From the human T2T-CHM13v2.0 reference genome, Homo sapiens, in NCBI RefSeq assembly GCF_009914755.1, contig NC_060947.1: a stretch of DNA of 64,000 nucleotides, one strand, 5' to 3'. Each line of letters begins with the position of its first letter. Position 1 is the first letter of the stretch. The position numbers and the translations under genes are program-made. Under the pieces are notes generated by a model that saw only the letters and a list, made by a program, of their open reading frames with translations, ran no database searches and was not told the DNA's origin. This document shows positions 43,400-64,000 of the stretch, piece by piece.

Positions 43400-46300
43400 A
43401 CAGATCCCTGGTACTCATGGCTGGAATGCCACGTGCTGCCATGTTAATGTGCCCTGGTGGAAAAGCTAACAAGACGTTATTAAGTTATGGTTGGTCATTT
43501 TCCATCCTCTCGTCACAGACATTATCAGTGACGGTGGCATCTGGAAACCAAATGTAGAGGTGGAGCTGTGAAGTAAGTGCATTATTTCAACCCCACAGGT
43601 ATATTCGTCTGATACTCAGCTTCTAAGAAATTATTGCACGAAGCAGGAGGACATGACAGGTGGCGATCTGAGACTCCTCAAATTGATCTCAAGAAAGATA
43701 ATACAACAAAACTACCTTCTCCCCTTCATGACACTATGCACACATATGGAAACCAAGTAGGACAATCCAACTAAAAAGCAAACATACACAGATCTCTGGT
43801 ATTCATGGCCAGAATACCAGCTCATGGTGCAGCAGTTGAGAAGACGTTATCTAGTTGGCATTGGCCATTTTCCATCTCCTCTTCGTGGACATCGTGAGTG
43901 ATGGTAGCATCTGAAAACCAAGTGAAGAGGTCGAGCTGTGAGATAAGTGTATTATGGTAACCCCATAGGTATATCTCTCTAATGCTCAATTTCTAGGAAA
44001 TTCTCTCATAAAGCAGGAGGATATATGAAGTGGTGATCTGAGACCCCTCAAATTGAGGCCAGGAAAGATAATACACCAAAACCACCTTCTTCCTCACCTG
44101 TCCTTCTTCCCTATGAATGCATATGGAAACCAAGTGGAACAGTACAAATAATAAATAAACATACACAGATCCCTGGTACTCATGGATGGAATACCAGTTG
44201 CTTCCATATTAATGAGCCCTGGTAGAACATTTGATAAGATGTTTTGAGGTGCTGGTTGGCCGTTTTCCATCTTCTCTTCATGGACATTGTGAGTGAAGGT
44301 AGCATCTAGAAACCAAATGAACAGGTTGGGCTGTGAGAAAAGTGCATTATGTCAACCTCACAGGTATATCCCTCTCATGCTCAGTTTCTAGGAAATTATC
44401 ACATAAAGCAGGAGGAAATACCAGGTGATGATCAGAGACCACACAAATTGAGCTCGCGAAAGACAATACAATGAAATCACATTATTTATGACACTGCATG
44501 CATATGAAAACCAAGTAGGATAGTAGAACTAGAAAAGAAACATTAGGATAGTACAACTAGTAAACCAACATACGCCTATCCCTGGTACTCATGGGTGGAA
44601 TACCACCTCCTGCCAAATTAACAAGCCCTGATGTAACAGTTGACAAGACATTATCAGGTGCTGGTTAGCCATTATTTATATTTTCTTCATGGACTTTGTG
44701 AGTGACTGCAGTATCTGGAAAGAAAATGAAGTGGTTGGGCTATGAGGTAATCGCATTATGTCAACCACACAGGCTTACCCTTCTGATGCTCAGTATCTAG
44801 GAAATTATCTCATAAAGAAGGAGGATACAACAAGTGTCAATCTGAGAACCCTAAAATTGAGGCCAGAAAAGGTAATACAACAAAACTGCCTTCTCTCATG
44901 ACCCTATGCATGCATATGGAAACCAAGTAGGACAGTACAACAAGTGAACGAACTTACACTGATCCCTGGTACTCATGGATGAAACACCAGCTGCTGCCAT
45001 ATTAGTAAGTGCTGGTGGAACAGTTGCGATGACATTATCGGGTGCTGGTTGGCCATTTTTTGTCTTCTCTTCATGGACATTGTGAGTGACAGTAGCATCT
45101 GGAAACAAAATGAAGAGGTTAATTTTTAGTTAAGAACATTATGTGAAGCCCACAGGTATATCCCTTTTATGCTCAGTTTCTAGAAAACTATTTCATAAAT
45201 CTGGAGAGGATATGTCAGGTGGTGATCTGAGAACACTAAAATTGAGCTCATGAAAGATAACAACGTGTCTCCCATGCATGACATGAGGCATGCATATGAA
45301 AATCAAGTAGGACAGTTCAAATTACAAGCAAACATACACTGATCCCTGGTACTCATGGCTGGAATACCAGCTGTTGCCAAATAACTAAGCCGTAGTGGAA
45401 GAGTTGACCTGACATTATTAGGTTGTGGTCGGTTATTTTCCATCCTCTCTTCACAGACATTGTGAGTGACAGTAGCATCTGGAAACCAAATGAAAAGGTT
45501 GAGCTGTGAGGTAAGTATATTACGTCAACCTTACAGGTATATCCCTCTGATGCTCAGGGTCTAGGAAATTATCCCATAAAGTAGGAGGATACACCAGTTG
45601 ATGATCTGAGACACCTCAAATTGAGCTCACAAAAAAGAATACCACAAAACCACCTCCTTCCCTTTATGACACTATGCATTCATATGGAAATCAACTAGGA
45701 CAGAACAACTAGTAAACAAAATACACTGATATCTGGTACTCATGCCCAGAATACCGACTGCTGCCAAATAAATAACCACTGGTCGAACAATTGACAGTAC
45801 GTATTAGGTTGCAGTTTGTCATTTTCCATCTTCTATTCACAGACATTGTAAGTGACAGTAGAACCTGGAAACCAAATGAAGAGGTTGAGCTGTGAGGAAG
45901 CACATTATGTCAGTCCCACAGGTATATCCCTCTGGTGCTCAGCTTCTATTATATTATTGCAAAAAGCAGAAGGACATGACAGGAGGTGATCTCAGATGCA
46001 TCAAATTGAGCTCAAGAAAGATTATACAACAAAACTTCCTTTCCTCTTCATGACAATATGCAGGCATATGGAAACCAAGCAGGACAATTCGACTTATAAG
46101 CGAACACACACAGATCATTGGTGCTCATGGCTGGAATATCAGCTCCTGTCATATTAAGACCTGTTGGAGCAGTTGAAAAAACGTTATCAGATTGGGGTTG
46201 GCCATCTTCCATCTTCTCTTCAGGGACGTAGTAAGTGATGGTAGCATCTGGAAACCAAATGAAGAGGCTGAGCTGTGAGGTAAGTGTATTATGGTAACCC

Positions 46301-48536
46301 CACAGGTATATCTCTCTGATACTCAGTTTCTAGGAAATTATGTCATAAAGCGGGAGCATAGAGCAGGTTGCCATCTGAGATCCCTGAAATTGACACCAGG
46401 AAATATACAACAAAACCACCTCCCACCCTTTTTGACACTATGCATGCATATGGAAACCAAGTAGGATGGTAATACTAATAAGCAAACTTATTTGTACACG
46501 GATCCCTGGTACTCATGGATGAAATATCAGTGGCTGTCATATTAATAAGCTCTGGTGGAAGAGTCAACAACACGTTATCAGGTGCTGGTTGGCCATTTTC
46601 TATCTTCTGTTCATAGACATTGTGAGTGACGGTAGCATCTGGAAACCAAAGGAAGAGGTTGAGCTGTGAGGTAAGTGCACTATGCCAACTCACAAGTATA
46701 TCCCTCTGATGCTCAGTTTCTATGAAATTGTTTCATAAAGCAGGAGGATATATCACATGGTGATCTGAGATGCCTTAGATTTAGGCCAGAAATGATAATA
46801 CAACAAAACCACCTTACTCCCTTCATGGCACTATGCATGCATATGAAAACCAAGTAGGACAGTACAACTTATAAGCAAACATACAAAGATCTCTGGTACT
46901 CATGGCCGGAATATCAGCCGCTGCCATATTAATAAGTGCTGTCAGACCAGTTGACAAGTCGTGATCAGTTGGGGTTGGCCATTTTCCATTCTCTCTTTGT
47001 GGACATTGTGAGTGACGGTAGCATCTGGAAACCAAATAAAGAATTTGAGCTGTGAGGTAAGTGCATTATGTCAATGCCATAGGTATGTCCTTCTCATGTT
47101 CAGTTTCTAGGAAATCATCCCATAAAGCAGGAGGATATATCAAGTGGTGGTCTGAGATCCCTCAAATTTAGGCCAGAAAAGATAATACAATAAAACCACC
47201 TTCTTCCCTGCATTACACTGCATGCGTATGGAAACCATGTAGGACAGTACAGCTGGTGAACAAACATACACTGATAAATGGTACTCATGGATGGAATACC
47301 AGCTGCTGCCATATGACGAACCTGTGGTGGAATAGTTGACAAGACGTTATCAGTTTGGGGTTGGCTGTTTTCCATCCTCTCTTCACCAACATTGTGAGTG
47401 ATGGTAGCATCTGGAAACCAAAGAAGGAGGTTGAGCCGTGAGGTAAGTGCATTATGTCAACCCCACTTGTATATCCCACTGATGCTCAGTTTCTAGGAAA
47501 CTATCCCATAAAGCAGGAGAATACATCAAATAATGATCTACATCCCCTCAAATTGAGGCCGGGAAAGATAATTCAACAAAACCATCTTTTTCCCCTCATG
47601 ACACTACGGATGCATATGGAAACTGAGGAGGACAGTACAACTAATAAATAAACATACATAGATGCCTGGTACTCATCAATGGAATACCAGCTCCTGCCAT
47701 ATTAATAAGCCCTGATAGAACATGTGACAAGATGTTATGTGGTTGTGTTTGGCCATTCTCCATCTGCTCTTCATGGACATTGGGATTGACGGTAGCATCG
47801 GGAAACCAATTGAAGAAGTTGAGCTGTGAGGTAAGTGCATGATGTCAACCCCACAGGTAAAGCCCTCTGATGCTCAGTTTCTAGCAAATCATATAAGAAA
47901 GCAGGGGAGGATATGCCAGGTGGCTATTTGATGCCCCTCAAATTGAGGCTAGGAAAAAATATACAACAAACCATCTTCTACCATTCATGAAAATATGCCT
48001 GCTTATGGAAACTAAGTAAGGCAGTACAACTAATAAGCAGACATACACAGATCCCTGGTACTCGTGGATGAAACTCCAGTTGCTGCCATATCACCAAGCT
48101 GTGGTGGAGCAGTTGACAAGATGTTATCAGTTTGGGGTTGGCCGTTTTCCATCCTCTGTTCAAAGGAAGAGGTTGAGCTGTGAGGTAAGTGCATTATGAC
48201 AACGCCACTGCTATATCCCACTGATACTCAGTTTCTAGGAAATTATCCCATAAAACTGAAGAATATGCCAGGTGGCCATCTGAGCCCCCTCAAATTGAGC
48301 TCACAATAGATAATACAACAAAAGCACCTTTTCCCCTTCATTACGGCATGCATGCATATGGAAACCAAGTAGGACAGTACAACTAATAAACATACACAGA
48401 TCCCTGGTACTCATGGATGACATACTAGCTTCTGGCCTATTAAATAGTCCTGGTGGAACAGTTGACAAGATGTTGTCAGGTTGTGTTTGGCCATTTTCCA
48501 TCTTCTCTTAATGGACATTGTGAGTAACACTAGCAT
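43400..48536 (-). pseudogene. Partial SAGE-family pseudogene (repeat exons only, 14 units); probably one of SAGE2P/SAGE4P
   Basis: Exons (- strand) 48536-48396, ~48161-48047 (acceptor deleted), 47798-47658 (AG>CG), 47410-47270, 47024-46885 (-1), 46638-46498, 46247-46110, 45864-45725 (stop, -1), 45478-45338, 45098-44958, 44714-44574, 44305-44165, 43910-43788 (stop), 43540-43400 (stop). No N- or C-terminal exons adjacent. Confidence 0.88.
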
Positions 48537-50844
48537 CTGGAAACCAAGTAAAGAGGTTGAGCTGCAAGATAGGTGTATTTTTTCCCACCCTCCCCCCAGA
48601 GGGACAGCTATGTATGAATCAGTTTCTAGGGAATTATTTATATCATGAAACAGAAGGATATACCGTGTGGAAATCCCAGATCTTGCAATCAGAGATCAGG
48701 TGAGATAATAAAATAAAACTACCTTTTTACCTCTTGGCATAATGAATACATGCAGTAAACAAGTACGACAGCAGAATAAACATTCACAGGTTTCTTGTAC
48801 TCATCATTTTGTATCATCTCGCTGCCCTTTACAATTCTCACTTGATATTATTTTTATAGTTCACCTATAAATGCCATGCTGTACACAGCAGGAAGCCAGA
48901 CTAAGTGAGCCCTCCTTAACCTGCTTCCTATCTATCTCAAATATTCTGAGAAAATAGAGGTGGCTATTAGAACCGAGCACTCTATCTCCACTCTATCATC
49001 AAACATCCCTGTTTTTATATGATTCTACAGATCCTTCCCTTTTGTCTAGAAAAAAGTGACTTTATTTTCACTCCGTGTCTGACACCTCTTTCATTTATTC
49101 ATCATCTGTGGCAGCCTGCATGCCAGAAGCTGGGGATCAACAGTAAATAGCCTATATAGCAGCGTTCCCTGCCCTTGTGGAGCCCAGCCAGTATCATTCA
49201 TCTTTGCCCTCATCATTAGCCCACAAATTTTCTGAGTGCCAACTATGCCCAGGCATGGTACAGACACTTGGAATGTCTCATCTCTTTTACTACTGCTGAG
49301 GAACCTGTGCAGTAGAAATTCCCCACCCCACCTTACTGGTGAGGAAGTGCAGGCCAGAGAAGATGAGGTGATGACCTGTGTCCCACTGTCAGTAAATGGT
49401 AAAGCCAAATCTTGATGGTTGAGGACAAACAGACAGGGCCACCAGAGCCAGCCGATGGTTTTAGGAGCCTTGGTGAGGGGGGATGACACTAACCTGTGTT
49501 CTAATCTCCCTGTCCCTGCTGCCATACCAAACACAATCTGATGATTCTCAAAAAAGCTTTTGCTTTAAAGTAGGTCTCCTCTGAAGGTGGAAAAGCATGG
49601 TTGCCACATTGCCCACAGATGTGTAGCATGTCCACAAATATACTTGATGTTCTGCTTAAAGGTGGGATATCCAATGTATGTAATACATTAGTCTCAGAAC
49701 CAGAATGAAGAAGTTTCTGAACAAGTTACAGAACATAAAATTATATATACAGAGATCTTTGTATTTGAGAAAGTTCCAATTGCTCTGCAAGACCTGTGAG
49801 GGAGAATAGTAAATGTGATGCCCTATGAAATGTAAAAAGGGGTACATAGATATTTGCATTTTCACAATGTCTTCTACGTAGCCAGCAGTGGGCTGTACTA
49901 ACCTATGTTTGAACCCAAAGGGGCAGCGCCTACATCAGAAGTCAGCATAGCCACTGTGGGTTTTTTCTGAACTGGGAAGGAAAGATTTAGGATGGATCGG
50001 TGCCCTGGGGACACCAGAATCTGTCATCTACAATGCCAGAGTGTGCTAGCAGGTCCTAGGGCCTCAACATTGTGTTCCCTAAGTGGACAGCTGAGAGCCC
50101 AACAAGCAGGCTTACTGGAAGAGTCCAATCCAGGTGGTTCCCCCTGGCCAATCTCTTTAAGAAAGAGGGAAGAAAAAGAGATACAAAGAGCAGATTTGGG
50201 TCTCTTATGGAATAATATTTGCAAGGTTATGTAAATTCCAGAATTTAGAAAAATACATGAAAGTTTTGGTAGACTCCAGATTTTACAAGTTCCAGAAGTG
50301 CTGGTCAAGGAAACTGAGCAGAAGTGCAGTCCCACAAAGCTGGGACAAGTCTAGGGAAAAGGGCTTTAGGGAATGCTGTGAACACAGGCTGAGGGCTCAT
50401 CCCCTGTACATCAGCTAGCAGGTTGGCAGCAAGACCAATCCCAGGCTGTGGCTGCTGGAGGAACAGGAGAAATCATGGGTTTCTGCCTTGGCCAGCCCCA
50501 ACTCCACGATGAGCAGGGTGGATATTGTGGATGGAGGCCCAAAAAACAAAAACAAAAACCCAAATCATAATCTTAGACCTTTCAGCCAAGAAGGACTGAT
50601 GATGCAATCACAGAAGGGATAGTTGAAAGAGCTTTGCATGGTGAGGACCCTGCTTCATATTCCTAACCACGCTTGGTGCCACCTACCTGCCCCTGTCTTG
50701 TCCATCCCTGTGCTGAAGCCACTCCACCTCTTTGATGTTCCTCAAACATGACAGGCATGTGTTTGCTGCTGGGCCTTAGTAGTTGTTCTTTCCTCTGCCC
50801 AAATCACTGTTTCTCATTTTGTCCATTTTTCTTTATTTTTTAAA

Positions 50845-50972
50845 AAATTTTTTGTAGAGAAGTGGTCTTGCTATGTTGCTTAGTCTGGTCTTGAACTCCT
50901 CGTCTCAAGCAGTCCACCTGCCATGGGCTCCCAAAGTGCTGGGATTACAGGCGTGAGCCGCTGTGCCTGGTC
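50845..50972 (-). mobile_element. Alu monomer (FLAM-like)
   Basis: Single-arm Alu text; only its 3' half survives in arm A at 38484-38560. Confidence 0.75.
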
Positions 50973-51609
50973 ATCTATTCTATCTCTTTAAATATCACTT
51001 CCTCAGAGAGACCTTTTTGTCATACCATCTGAAGTAAGACCCTCAGTGATTTCAGCCCCTTGTTTTCATCGTAGCACTACAACTTGCAGACTATCTATCC
51101 GTGTCGTGGTTCAGTGTCTCATTTGTGGGCAGGCATTGCTACCTGACTACCTTAGCATTGCTACCTGACTACTTACTATCTATTCCCCTTTCTCCCTCTC
51201 TATTGGAACCCTGATTTTGTTTTGGGCAGACTTTTAAAAAATATTTTCCATCTCAGACTCCTTTGCGGCAAGGGTGGTCCTCTGAACCTAGTTGTTGAAA
51301 GTGCGATGTCAGCTGAGATGGTGTGGGAAAACCTCTGCTTTCAGAGCCACCCCTACCTTCTTCCACTTCTCTCCTTTTTCTATTCCAGGAAGAGTCACTC
51401 ACGATGCTGAATGTGGGGAGCCCTAATCCCCCGCCCTTACTTAGTGCTATGTGGAGTCACACTGGAGCCCAAGGCATGGGGAAAATGTGCACCTTGATAA
51501 AAATAATTTCATATATTTATAAACAATTAGTGTTTCCAGAACATTAAAGTTGTCACAAAGATATTGAAAATTTGGAAAGTAGGTGAACAAACCTTACAAT
51601 ATTATTTTA

Positions 51610-52122
51610 TTTATTTTTTTATTATTTACTCTCTCTCTCCATATATATATATATATATATCCATATATATATCTCCATATATATATCCATATATATATCT
51701 CCATATATATATATCCATATATATATCTCCATATATATATATCCATATATATATCTCCATATATATATATCCATATATATATCTCCATATATATATATCC
51801 ATATATATATATCCATATATATATATCCATATATATATATATATCCATATATATATCTCCATATATATATCTCCATATATATATCTCCATATATATATCT
51901 CCATATATATATATCTCCATATATATCTCCATATATATATCTCCATATATATATCCATATATATATCTCCATATATATAGCTCTCTCCATATATATATCT
52001 GTATATATATATACCTCCATATATATATCTGCATATATATATATCTCTCCATATATATATGTATATATGGAGAGAGATATATATCTATATCTCTGTGTGT
52101 GTATATATATATATATATATAT

Positions 52123-52158
<36 letters not shown>

Positions 52159-52434
52159 ATATATATATACACTCTGTCAGCCAGGCTGGAGTGTGGTAGC
52201 ACAATACAGCTCATTGCAGCCTCAACCTCACAGGTTCAAACAATCCTCCTACCTCAGCCTCCCAAGTAGCTGAGATTACAGGCCCACACCACCATGCATG
52301 GCTACTTTTTGTATATTTTGTAGAGACGGGTTTTGCCATGTTGCCCAGGCTGGTCTTGAACTCCTGGGCTCAAGGAATCCACCTGCCTCGGCCTCTCATA
52401 GTGCTGAGATTATAAGCGTGAGACACTCAGCCCA
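51610..52434 (-). mobile_element. AluJ-like element containing an expanded microsatellite
   Basis: Alu body 52172-52434, T-rich tail near 51610-51628; TSD caatattatttta at 51597 and 52439. Confidence 0.8.
51630..52170. repeat. Compound (TA)n/CC(AT)n micro/minisatellite, ~540 bp
   Basis: Units such as ccatatatatat(ct) repeated dozens of times. Confidence 0.97.
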
Positions 52435-52439
52435 CCTGC

Positions 52440-54385
<1,946 letters not shown>

Positions 54386-54990
54386 TGAGGCAGGATAGGA
54401 AGTCAAGGAAGTGACCATGTCCTTGGGACAGAGCAATCATGGTGACCATACAATCAACACCAATAAGGCTCAGCATTCCCATTGTACTTAAGCTCATTCA
54501 AGCATAGCTATCTTCATTCGGGAATTTCCTCTGTAGACAGCATGCGTACTTTGAGTTTACCTGTCCTCACACTGACCCTTTGTTCTTTATAATAGTCGAA
54601 AACACATCCCTGGGCGGAGATTTAAGATACTAATGAGACATGTGATGCATGAACAAGCATGGACAGCTACTGCAAATATGCACCCAGAGGACCACCCTGA
54701 ACATGCTTGCTAGCTACACTTTTTCCCACCTCCTTATGAATATTCATATAAGACTCCCATAAAGGGAGTTTCCCCAGTAATAATCAGTGCTGTCTCGTGC
54801 TTTCAAACACTCCACCCTAAATTCTCTCTCTGTCTCAGGGTATACTCTCTATTCTGCACTTAGATTTGAAAATATTCTTTTTCCTTTGCAAAAAAAATTG
54901 CTCTGTGCTGCATCTCCTTTGCTGTGTGTCTCTTGCTTAAATTGTTAAACTAGGAAAACAAGAACCGAGGTCTCACAGCAGCTGTCAACA
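54386..54990 (+). mobile_element. 5' LTR of provirus B
   Basis: tgaggcaggatagg...gctgtcaaca (TG...CA), homologous to 63808- and to 30080-30671. Confidence 0.92.
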
Positions 54991-54994
54991 TTTC

Positions 54995-55012
54995 TGGTGC
55001 CGTGACACAGAT
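54995..55012 (+). promoter_or_regulatory. Primer binding site, tRNA-His
   Basis: TGGTGCCGTGACACAGAT, 16/18 match to TGGTGCCGTGACTCGGAT (complement of tRNA-His-GTG 3' end), 4 nt after the LTR. Confidence 0.85.
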
Positions 55013-55869
55013 AGAAGTTTGTCTGCTTCATTGACTTCAGTTTCCCTGCACCCGTGATGTGTCCTATGGCAGTCCCAAACTACCTGGTTGAGTATGACTG
55101 CTTTTTCTAGGGCTTTTTCCTTGAAGTTGTGGGGAAAACGTTTTTAAGTCACCTATATTCTTTATGTGAATATATGTGCTGCTCTACTTTTGGCTGCGAC
55201 TTCTGCACTATTCATAATTATACTAACCATGCGGGTTGCCCTCAATATTCAATATTCAGGCTATTTTGCTGCTTAGTGTCACATGTTTCTGGCCACATTT
55301 CAGACTCAGCACGTTTGTTGTCCCTCTGGCAATACTTGACTGCCACTTTGTGGCTATTGTGATTTATATTCTAATCTGATTTTCTACTGACAAAGCTTTC
55401 TGTTTTGAGGGGCACATTAAGAGTCCCTATCCTGCCAGGCTTTATGCATTTTCATACTCCTTCAGATTGTCCTTCCACAAACTTTCTATGCTGAAAAAAA
55501 ATATGTGCAGTTATGTAGATGCCTGGTACCAGGGATTGCATCCAGGCATTTTTGGTATTATAACTACTGGAATGCCTGGATTGCATCCAGGCATTCTTGG
55601 TATTATAAACGGCAAACCAGTGAGGTAGGGAACGTCTTGTCAGAGAGACACCTGGGCCCCCCAGCCAGCAGCAGGGGCTGCCTTGGTTGAGCCTGGAGAT
55701 GTCCAGTGCTGGTGAGACCTAGGATGGTGCATAGCAAACTCTGGTGACATCCTAGGGCCTCGGTCTCATGGGGATTCAAGCAAATACCCTGTACCACTTC
55801 ATGGTCTAGCTCGGCTCATGGGGACACCAACAACCTCCTGGACTTTGGTATATGTGTCCATCATTGCAG

Positions 55870-57470
55870 GATTCTCTTGGCACCATTGGACTCATCTCCT
55901 CTACTCTCACTGAAACACCCATGGGATTTATATTTTAAAAACTGGCATATCATTTGGTTAGATGAGCTAAAAAAGGAAAAAAAAACCTCATCTTCTTTTG
56001 TCACACTGTTTGCCCTGGGTACAATTAAGCAAACAATGAAAAATGGCCACAGAATGGAAATGTGAACTTTAACACCACAGATCTTTTCTGTACAAATCAG
56101 GGTAAGTGGTCTCAAGCACCCTGTGTGCAGGCCTTTATGGCCTTACAACAGAACCCAGCTCTATGCAGCACCTGTGGGCTAAAATCCAGTATGAAAGAAA
56201 TCCACGCAGAAGCATTAGAATATTTTCTTTCATTAAGGGGAAAGGACCCCAGGACCCACAGTCCAACACCAGTTCCACATAGGGGCTCTCAGGGACTCAC
56301 ACCTCCTTCCGAGTCCAGGGCACCCCCCACACTATCAGAGTCTTCTGGAGAATCTAATCCCATTTCAACTCCTGCTTATGCTCCTCTTTATCCTTCTTGC
56401 TTTGTACACTAGGGACTAGCCCAGCTGGAATAACTCGCAGTGGGACTTCATAGCAACCAGGGCCAGTAAAACTGCTCCCTTTAGGGGAAGTCCAAATGGA
56501 GAAGGGACCATTAGAGTACATGTTCCATTCCCAATAAATGATCTAATCCAGTGCAAGCAAAACCTCAGACTGTTCTCAGAGGAAGCCAGTGCATTTACCG
56601 ACACATTCCAGGCTCTAACTTTGGCCTTCGACTTAACTTGGAAAGGTATACAAGTTGTCCTTTTTCTTGCTGTACTCCACAGGAACAACAAAGAATCTGG
56701 TTAGCCAGTCAGAGATACATAGATAGCAAGGAAGCTGACCAGCCTGCCACCCATGAAGTGGCAGCTATTGCTGATCTCTCCCTGGACCTACATTGGAGTT
56801 ACAACAGGTCTGGAGGAATAAAGAAAAGGGATGGACTACATGGTCCAATGCCTCCTGGCAGAAATCAGACAATGTATTAAAAATCCTGTTAACTAAGAGA
56901 AAGTCAAAGTAGTCATACAGGGAAAAGATGTAAACCCTGCTTTCTTTCAGGGGTGCTTAATGGAGGCCTTCCAAAAGTACACCAACATAGACCCTACATC
57001 TGCTAAAGGCCAAGTGTCACCAGGACAAAACTTTATTAGCCAGTCTACCCCAGACATCAGGAGAAAACCACAGAAATTACAATTAGGGCCACAAACACCT
57101 GTCCCTCAATTTTTAGAAATGGCTTTTGGAGTATTTCATAATAGGAATCTGGCTGAGGAGGAAGGCAGAGTCCAGATCAAGAACTGGTGAGATAAGGCCC
57201 AGGATAAAATGACAGCTGTCTCTGACAATAGTGTCCTGCCACCTTAAAGTCACCCCCAGGAACCTTGAAGCTTGGAAACCGGTCAACAGCAAGGTAACAA
57301 CAATTAAGGAGCCTCCTTTCAATGCAAACAATCAGAGCACCAGGCCAGAGGGTTCACCCAGCTGCCCCTGGGCTATGGCCAGTCTGTAAACAAGATAGCC
57401 ATTAGGAAATGGATTTTCCTCAGTCCTGAAGGGGAAAGGGGACATCCTCCCTCGAGATGGCACTAATTCA
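55870..57470 (+). pseudogene. gag: ERV gag remnant
   Basis: QGKWSQAPCVQAFMALQQNPALCSTCGL; EAFQKYTNIDP...FISQSTPDIRRK.QKL (capsid); degenerate zinc knuckle near 57320. Confidence 0.8.
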
Positions 57471-57479
57471 AGACTGAGG

Positions 57480-61560
<4,081 letters not shown>

Positions 61561-61800
61561 CTTTGCAATAAACCTTTACAGGAACCAGAGGAAGCTACTA
61601 ATTACACCTGCCAGCCCATAAGGGCTCTAAAGCTTCTATTCAAGAACACAATTCCAGATAAAGCCCATCTGGAAGATAAGTAACATCTTCATTTTCTTGG
61701 TACTTGCCTGCTGTACTCCAATGACTTTTAGAGAGACTGGCCTATCTGCTGGGGAACTAATTAACCATACTGTTAGTCTATTAAACTTAACTGAGGCCTA

Positions 61801-63700
<1,900 letters not shown>

Positions 63701-63807
63701 CTAGGCAGGGACAACGCCCCACTCAGCAGGAAGCAGCTTCAGAAGAAATGACCTAGCCCCTCAACCTCCCATATGATTATAGGCCCTAAGATCTCTTAGG
63801 GGGGAAT

Positions 63808-64000
63808 TGAGGCAGGGTAAGTAGTCAAGGAAGTGACCATGACCTTGGCATGCAGCAACCGTGGGGACCATACAGCCAACACAATAAGCCTCAGCATTCA
63901 CATTGTAGTTAAGCTCATTCAAGCAAAGCTGTCTTCAGTAGGGAATTTCCTCTGTAGAGAGAACGTGCACTTTGATTTTACCTCAAACTGACCCTTTGCT
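63808..64000 (+). mobile_element. 3' LTR of provirus B (runs off window end)
   Basis: PPT aggggggaat then tgaggcagggtaagtagtcaaggaagtgacc. Confidence 0.9.

Noticed and set aside
49091-49534. 147-aa ORF spanning the permutation junction
   Set aside because: Made largely of MIR/L2-like non-coding sequence; no coding signature, likely chance.
51564-52273. Long Y/I-rich ORFs of 110-228 aa on both strands
   Set aside because: Artefact of the (AT)n compound repeat lacking stop codons.

Overview
Primate (very likely human Xq26.3) genomic DNA, dense in repeats, with no intact protein-coding gene. (1) A near-complete but disabled + strand paralogue of the cancer-testis gene SAGE1 (about 4.7-21.4 kb). 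It has a lost start codon, two N-terminal exons, a tandem array of 19 roughly 387-bp units (each carrying a phase-1/phase-1 exon of nominally 141 nt / 47 aa) and three INTS6/SAGE1/CT45-type C-terminal exons with stops. (2) A second, partial SAGE repeat array on the - strand (14 units, 43.4-48.5 kb). (3) Two inverted copies of one class I ERV with a tRNA-His PBS (30.1-38.5 kb, -; 54.4-64 kb, +), which sit in an old hAT transposase. The most notable structure is that 43.2-64 kb is an inverted and permuted copy of the left part of the window: 40253 is joined to 11971 through a 4-bp microhomology, as expected from a circular intermediate or a tandem-duplication junction. Also seen: gene-conversion-like tracts between the arms, a perfect 55-bp intronic hairpin nested in a 153-bp inverted repeat, and a 5'-inverted L1. 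All alignments were done by eye, and repeat subfamily names and exact pseudogene symbols are tentative.
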